From assembly GCA_043228905.1 (NCBI GenBank), contig JBHGNT010000009.1, positions 19,220,001 through 19,284,000 on the forward strand: a DNA stretch of 64,000 bases. Reading direction: 5' to 3'. The translations under genes and the position numbers were made by a program. Shown piece by piece: positions 58,817 to 64,000 of the stretch. The notes under the pieces are model-generated. The model saw only the letters and a program-made list of their open reading frames with translations. It was not told the DNA's origin and ran no database searches. Each line of letters begins with the position of its first letter. Position 1 is the stretch's first letter. The stretch comes from Azolla caroliniana. Its lineage: Eukaryota; Plantae; Polypodiophyta.

Positions 58817-59151
58817 GAGCTCCTGGTGACAGAGGCTGTTAGACAACGAAGCTCCTTTTGACAAAGTTAGGGTCCTAGTTACGGAGGCTGTCAGAAAACG
58901 GGGCTCCTAGTTATAGAGGCTGGCAGACAACAAGGCTCCTTGTGACGAAGTTGGGCTCCTGGTGGCAAAGGTTGTCAAGCAACGGGGCTCCTTGTGACAG
59001 AGTCGGGCTCCTGGTGACAGACGTTGTCAGCTTTTTATCCGAATTGGACGGTGGAGATCGCGTCCGCCATCAGCGATGCAACCTGCACCATCCGCGCTCG
59101 CGATTCCCTCACTTCCCGTCTTAAATCTTTGGTAGTAGTTAGTCACGAGCG
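58817..59151. repeat. Subterminal 20-33-bp tandem repeats and putative DNA-transposon end
   Basis: GGGCTCCTNGTGACAGAGGCTGTCAG units, then ATTGGACGGTG..CGATTCCCTCAC, homologous to 38880-39330. Confidence 0.6.
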
Positions 59152-59157
59152 TGTATG

Positions 59158-59189
<32 letters not shown>

Positions 59190-59239
59190 TGTATGTATGT
59201 ATGTATGTATGTATGTATGTATGTATGTATGTATGTATG

Positions 59240-59271
<32 letters not shown>

Positions 59272-59281
59272 TGTATGTATG

Positions 59282-59313
<32 letters not shown>

Positions 59314-59315
59314 TG

Positions 59316-59347
<32 letters not shown>

Positions 59348-59373
59348 TGTATGTATGTATGTATGTATGTATG

Positions 59374-59405
<32 letters not shown>

Positions 59406-59458
59406 TGTATGTATATGTATGTATGTATGTATGTATATGTATGTATGTACATATGTAT
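59152..59458. repeat. (TATG)n microsatellite, ~305 bp with periodic TA interruptions
   Basis: Directly visible. Confidence 0.98.
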
Positions 59459-59708
59459 CTCTGCTCTCTCTTGTGTCTGATTTCTGCTCCGTGTCATTCG
59501 TTATCTCTATCATCAATTCGTTCTCTCAAATTCCATTCATTCATTTCTTTTTCTTTCGGATTCTCACACCTGCAGACAGACAGACAGACAGACAGTCAGA
59601 TAGTCGATCGATCGAGCATGCGGTGATGGCGGTGGTCTGCGCAGACAAAGTACAGGCGCATCTCTCCGCTTGAATCTTTCGTGTTTCCCTGATTCTGGCT
59701 TCACATTT

Positions 59709-59993
59709 ATGGCCACCGCATCACTTGCGTCTTCTTCCATGCAAGGATTGGCTACTTGTTCAAAGTTCTGCATACAAAATGAATGGAATTTTCCAAAGAG
59801 AAGGAAGTCTCAAGCTTCAACATCACTTGCATTCTTTTCTCCTTTGCATCAAGCTCAGCATAGTCAGTGTGTTTGGCTCATGGGAGTTTGTATGAAATCA
59901 CGGTTTCTGGCGCTCAAGGCCATTGATGAAGATGATCGGCCTCCAGAAGATGACAGTGAAGAAGAATCTTCATCAGATGATAATAGTGAGCAA
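59709..59993 (+). CDS. DUF3067-family protein exon 1 (Ser/Ala-rich putative plastid transit peptide, acidic linker); start codon uncertain
   Basis: MATASLASSS...EDDSEEESSSDDNSEQ, then a phase-0 GTATGT donor. Confidence 0.65.
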
Positions 59994-61020
59994 GTATGTA
60001 TTTATAGTACATATTCCCGCATGCTTCTCCTGTGATCTGTTTGAAGTAGGCTATTTATCATATCAAAGCAGGAGGCCATATGGTAAACAAGTCTGTTGTG
60101 CTTGATGGATTCAGTATACTGATGCGATAAGATAAATGATGACCAACTTTATATCAGCTTTTGCAGCATCTGTTTTCCTGCTTCTTTCTATATACTTGTT
60201 ACCATCATATGTAAACAACAATAATGCGAATCTTTCTCACATTGATTAATTGGATGCTCATGAGTTCCTCACTGTTTGACGCTTTTGCTGGAGTTACTTC
60301 TGTTTTTCTTTGTGCTAGAGTTTCTCTTTTGGCATGCTTTACGTATTGGTCCTAACGTGCTTAACAATTGAGACTTTTTCTGCATAAAGGTTCTTTTATT
60401 AGGAACCCTGACTCTTAAAAGATAAAAATGTTTTTTTATGTTCTTAGTGTACATTGTATAACTTTCAGTTTCAATTCTATTTCTCTTTTTGGTATTCATA
60501 AGTTCAAAGGTTTAGTCTGTGCTTATGAAATGTGTATAATTTTAACAATCCCACACATTGTGGTTGTCTACATAGCCAAATGATGGGATTATGAACTTGC
60601 CTCACCTTAAAAAATAACATATCTCAACAATTCAAGAATAAGGAAGTTGAAACTTATGTCACAGGCTATATTGTAACAGAAATATATATATATAGGATAC
60701 ATTTCCTGTATATTGGAGGGGTTCCTATTTTGTTAACCTGTGTAACGACTGCTGAATTACTTTTCTCTTTTTGAGAAAGCTATGGGTATCCACATGAAGT
60801 ATCTTTATAAACCTTGACCTCGCATGCAATGAAAGATATGGCATCGTTGTACCATATTGATAACATGATTTTTTCTACACTTACAATCTGTACATCAAGG
60901 AGTCTGTCTTTTCTCTGCTGAAATGAGGCAATATTTCATTAATTTCTTTTCAGAAAAGAATTCTATATCCAAAGTTGTAGAAGTAGTTGACATGTTTACA
61001 TTATTCATCTGAATTGGCAG

Positions 61021-61158
61021 GTAGACGGGGAGTTATTCCGGAAGAGATTAGAAAACATTATTGGTGATGATGGCGATGCCAAATTTTCAGGGAAGGACCT
61101 TGCAATGTTGATAAGGAACAAATATGGCAGATCTTATGATGTACAACTTATCAAAAAG
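61021..61158 (+). CDS. DUF3067-family protein exon 2
   Basis: CAG|VDGELF...GKDLAMLIRNKYGRSYDVQLIKK|GT; matches the cyanobacterial/plastid motif KWGRSYDVQL (from recall). Confidence 0.9.
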
Positions 61159-61663
61159 GTACGAAAAGTCAAGCCTAACAGTCACAAACTTTGGAAGCCA
61201 TTCTACCTTTGTAATTTGGAACTTGACATTTGGGAGGCTCTGGATTGAAGAGCGGCCAAATGTTCTTTTAGTACCTCTGTCTAATATAGTGCCTAGTTTT
61301 TTCCTTGGAGATAATTGGTGATTCTTGATTGGAAGTCTTGGAAGCATTTTTCATGCCATGCTCCACAGTTGACTTTGTTCCGTCATTTATAGTTCAAAAT
61401 CATGATAAGCACCTGCTAACTGAACCTGGTAGATATGTAATAAAAGCAAAACTGGTGGCATTACTTAAGGTTAAAATTTGTACTTGATAAGTTTTCATGT
61501 GAGTAGAAACTAATGGTCTGCACACATATTTGGAATGTATAACAATGAAGCAATACAATAAGCGAAAGTAACTGCATATAGCTAGGTATTGCTGTAATAC
61601 TCTGCAAAGTCTAAATTTAGATTGATTTTATTTACCTGTTTGATAAAGCTCTATTTGGTATAG

Positions 61664-61720
61664 GATTTTATGGGAAGGAAACTACTTGCTATGAATGTGA
61701 TGTGGAAATATCGGGAACAG
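61664..61720 (+). CDS. DUF3067-family protein exon 3
   Basis: TAG|DFMGRKLLAMNVMWKYREQ|GT. Confidence 0.9.
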
Positions 61721-61820
61721 GTGCTTTTCGTGTGTGTTTTCTTGGGAATTAAAATATGTATAGTTGGTTATCTCTTTAGAAATACTGAAAATTTTGAGGT
61801 GTGATATCAAACTTTTTCAG

Positions 61821-61955
61821 CGGTCATTTCCCCTCACGGAAGAAGAATACTTGCTACGATTGGATGATGTAGCGAATAACCTCAAGTGTTGGGGTGCTGT
61901 ATCTTATGTTCGAAATAGCCTAGCTAAAACCAAAGAAAGACCTCGCATTGGGAAG
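61821..61955 (+). CDS. DUF3067-family protein exon 4
   Basis: CAG|RSFPLTEEEYLLRLDDVANNLKCWGAV...KERPRIGK|GT. Confidence 0.92.
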
Positions 61956-62969
61956 GTAGAGTTGCACTTTCATTCCAATACATTCCAAAACACTGCTACC
62001 TCATGTCATAAATTGGTTTATATTGTTTTGTCAATTCTGTATTCATAAACAGTTTAGAAGTTTGATCAAGTCTGGCGAAATGTTTCTTCACAAGGGATAG
62101 GACTGTACTGACACTATCACCATCAGTGTCACTATTAATCAGTAAATCAATCCAAGATGGTGGTGTAGAGGTTTTAAAGATGGGCAAATATTATAACTGG
62201 TCACCATGGCCGAGAATTAGTTGTTGCCACCTTGCTGTGGAATTCTTTGCTGGAATATTACCAAAATCCTCGTAACTAGAAAATGATGATAATACTACAA
62301 ACTGAAAGCTCCATGAACATAAGGAGAGAGTGTAACCGAGCTTGGGGAAAAACGAACTCGTTGACAAGAAAATCATATATGAACCAATTCAGCTGCATTT
62401 TCCTAGTGCCTGAATCATAGACAAGTGGGTGCTTGATGCCCCCAAACAAATAATTCAGTAGTTGATTATCAGGCCTGGAATACAAGAGATAGAATCTTTG
62501 CATCATCTGACATGACCACTTAAGAATATGCTACTATTTGTTACTATATCTAAATTAGCATCAGCTCCATGGTTTTAAAAATTGAATGAAACTCATTGGA
62601 GGGCTTCAATTTATGATAAAGATTCTGATGGAATAATATCCTTGAAGCGTCCTTAAGAAATTTGAAGGTCTAAATGCCTGATGAGTTGAAAGTGAGAGTG
62701 ATTTCATTAGATGAACGTATTCAAAGAACAACCTGGACCTGGTAATTTGATGGTGTTTTGCCGACTAATCGAACCGTACAATTTATTTTATCAATTGTGC
62801 TGGGTTAGGCTTCTGTTTATCGCCATCATATCTAATTCGTTGCACAAGTTTAAACTTCAACTATGCTGAGTATATGTCATTCCTGTAAGTTGAAACGGAT
62901 GATTTTCATGCGACATTTAAATTAGAAATGGACATAGAAAAGTTTATATGAACTTTTTTGTTTTCCCAG

Positions 62970-63035
62970 GCTGTTAGCATATTCATTGATTTGGATGAAT
63001 CAGGAGGACGTGCTAATGAGTGGATATACAGATGA
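62970..63035 (+). CDS. DUF3067-family protein exon 5 (terminal); total ~226 aa
   Basis: CAG|AVSIFIDLDESGGRANEWIYR-TGA; all introns are GT-AG, phase 0. Confidence 0.9.
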   Translation, partial: AVSIFIDLDESGGRANEWIYR

Positions 63036-64000
63036 TCTGCTAGAGGAAGGTTTGATCTTCATGAAGAATCTTAGGATACTTACATATACTCAAGAGTTCT
63101 ATCATATAAATGCTTGTTTCAGTTGGAGTTTTAAGCTTGATAAATAGTTTGAAGGTTTTTATTTATATTTAAAATGGAGTTCTACTCATAAACTATCTGT
63201 TTTCGCAGGTTTTGATCATACATATTCATTGATGTGATTGAAGCAGGAGTACGTATTTGCTAATGAATGGAATGCACAAATGATTCGAGGATTTTAAAGT
63301 TAAATCCTCTGGATGTCATGGTTCATTTTCTTTCTCCTGGCCTCTTCCTGTATTTTGGAAGCACATCTGTAAAATGTGTGAGAGAAACATTGTACATTGT
63401 ATTTTAATATCAAACTGCTTTCTTTATATAAGCTCCCAGAGGCCGAAGGTCCAATAGCCTGGCACCTCATTGAAAATTAACCTTGGAGAATTGTAATCAT
63501 TATTATATGTTCACATTCATGATGTTTCTTTGTTATAAGAAGTGTTTGCAGTTCAATCAACCATTGAAAGACGTGATGGGGACATTTGTTTTTTCAGGAG
63601 AACATGAGTCATTGAGGGATGATATTCCATAGCCAAAACGTTCTCTAAACTAAAATTTTCGAAACATTCTTTCGTTATTGCAGCTTGAATGGATTCTACG
63701 AAAACATATTATGAAAATCTAGGAAGGAAACGGAAAGCCCACATGACATCTAAGGCCATGAAACAACATAGATCGTAGCTTGTCTTAGAATTTGGCCTTC
63801 AATGGAAGTTTGTCATTGTTGTTTGATAACTGCACATAGCATCTTTTGAAAAGGGAAGACTGTCAGGGAAGGTTTGACTGCACTTCAGTAGACATTGTTA
63901 ATTACAATTTACTTATTAATACGGGAAAGTCCAGATGACATCTAAGGCCATGAAACAACATGGATTGTTTCTCTGTTTTAAATTTTGGCCTCTGATGGAA

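Noticed and set aside
59024-59673. Long MYVC/HTYI ORFs
   Set aside because: Translations of the (TATG)n microsatellite.

Overview
Eukaryotic land-plant DNA. The element families and the single host gene suggest a moss or another seed-free plant (inference). Bases ~1-59,150 are a nested transposon cluster. A degenerate Ty3/Gypsy element of the non-chromovirus moss (Phygy/RLG1-like) type (446-19357) splits an old Copia and itself hosts two younger Copias (855-6857; 8016-13450, intact). Further on are a decayed Tnt1-like Copia with a different gag (21657-27849), several solo LTRs, a gag-only non-autonomous Gypsy with a repeat array (29427-33084), Mutator-like transposase relics, hAT MITEs, a rearranged chromovirus (43836-45932), and an L1 relic split by a second intact Tnt1-like Copia (51889-57203). 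The only host gene is a 5-exon, probably plastid-targeted DUF3067-family gene (59709-63035) just behind a (TATG)n array. The most notable signals are: (1) in the Phygy-like family, CpG-centred 4-bp target duplications, a tRNA-Trp PBS, a -1 frameshift signal between protease and RT, swappable LTR cores and a tRNA-like Pol III A/B-box module inside the LTR; (2) in the chromovirus, an LTR inversion that fits self-priming, plus heat-shock elements; (3) a Copia with a ~250-codon pol extension; (4) DNA-transposon ends abutting TATG microsatellites. All coordinates were read by eye and no database searches were run.
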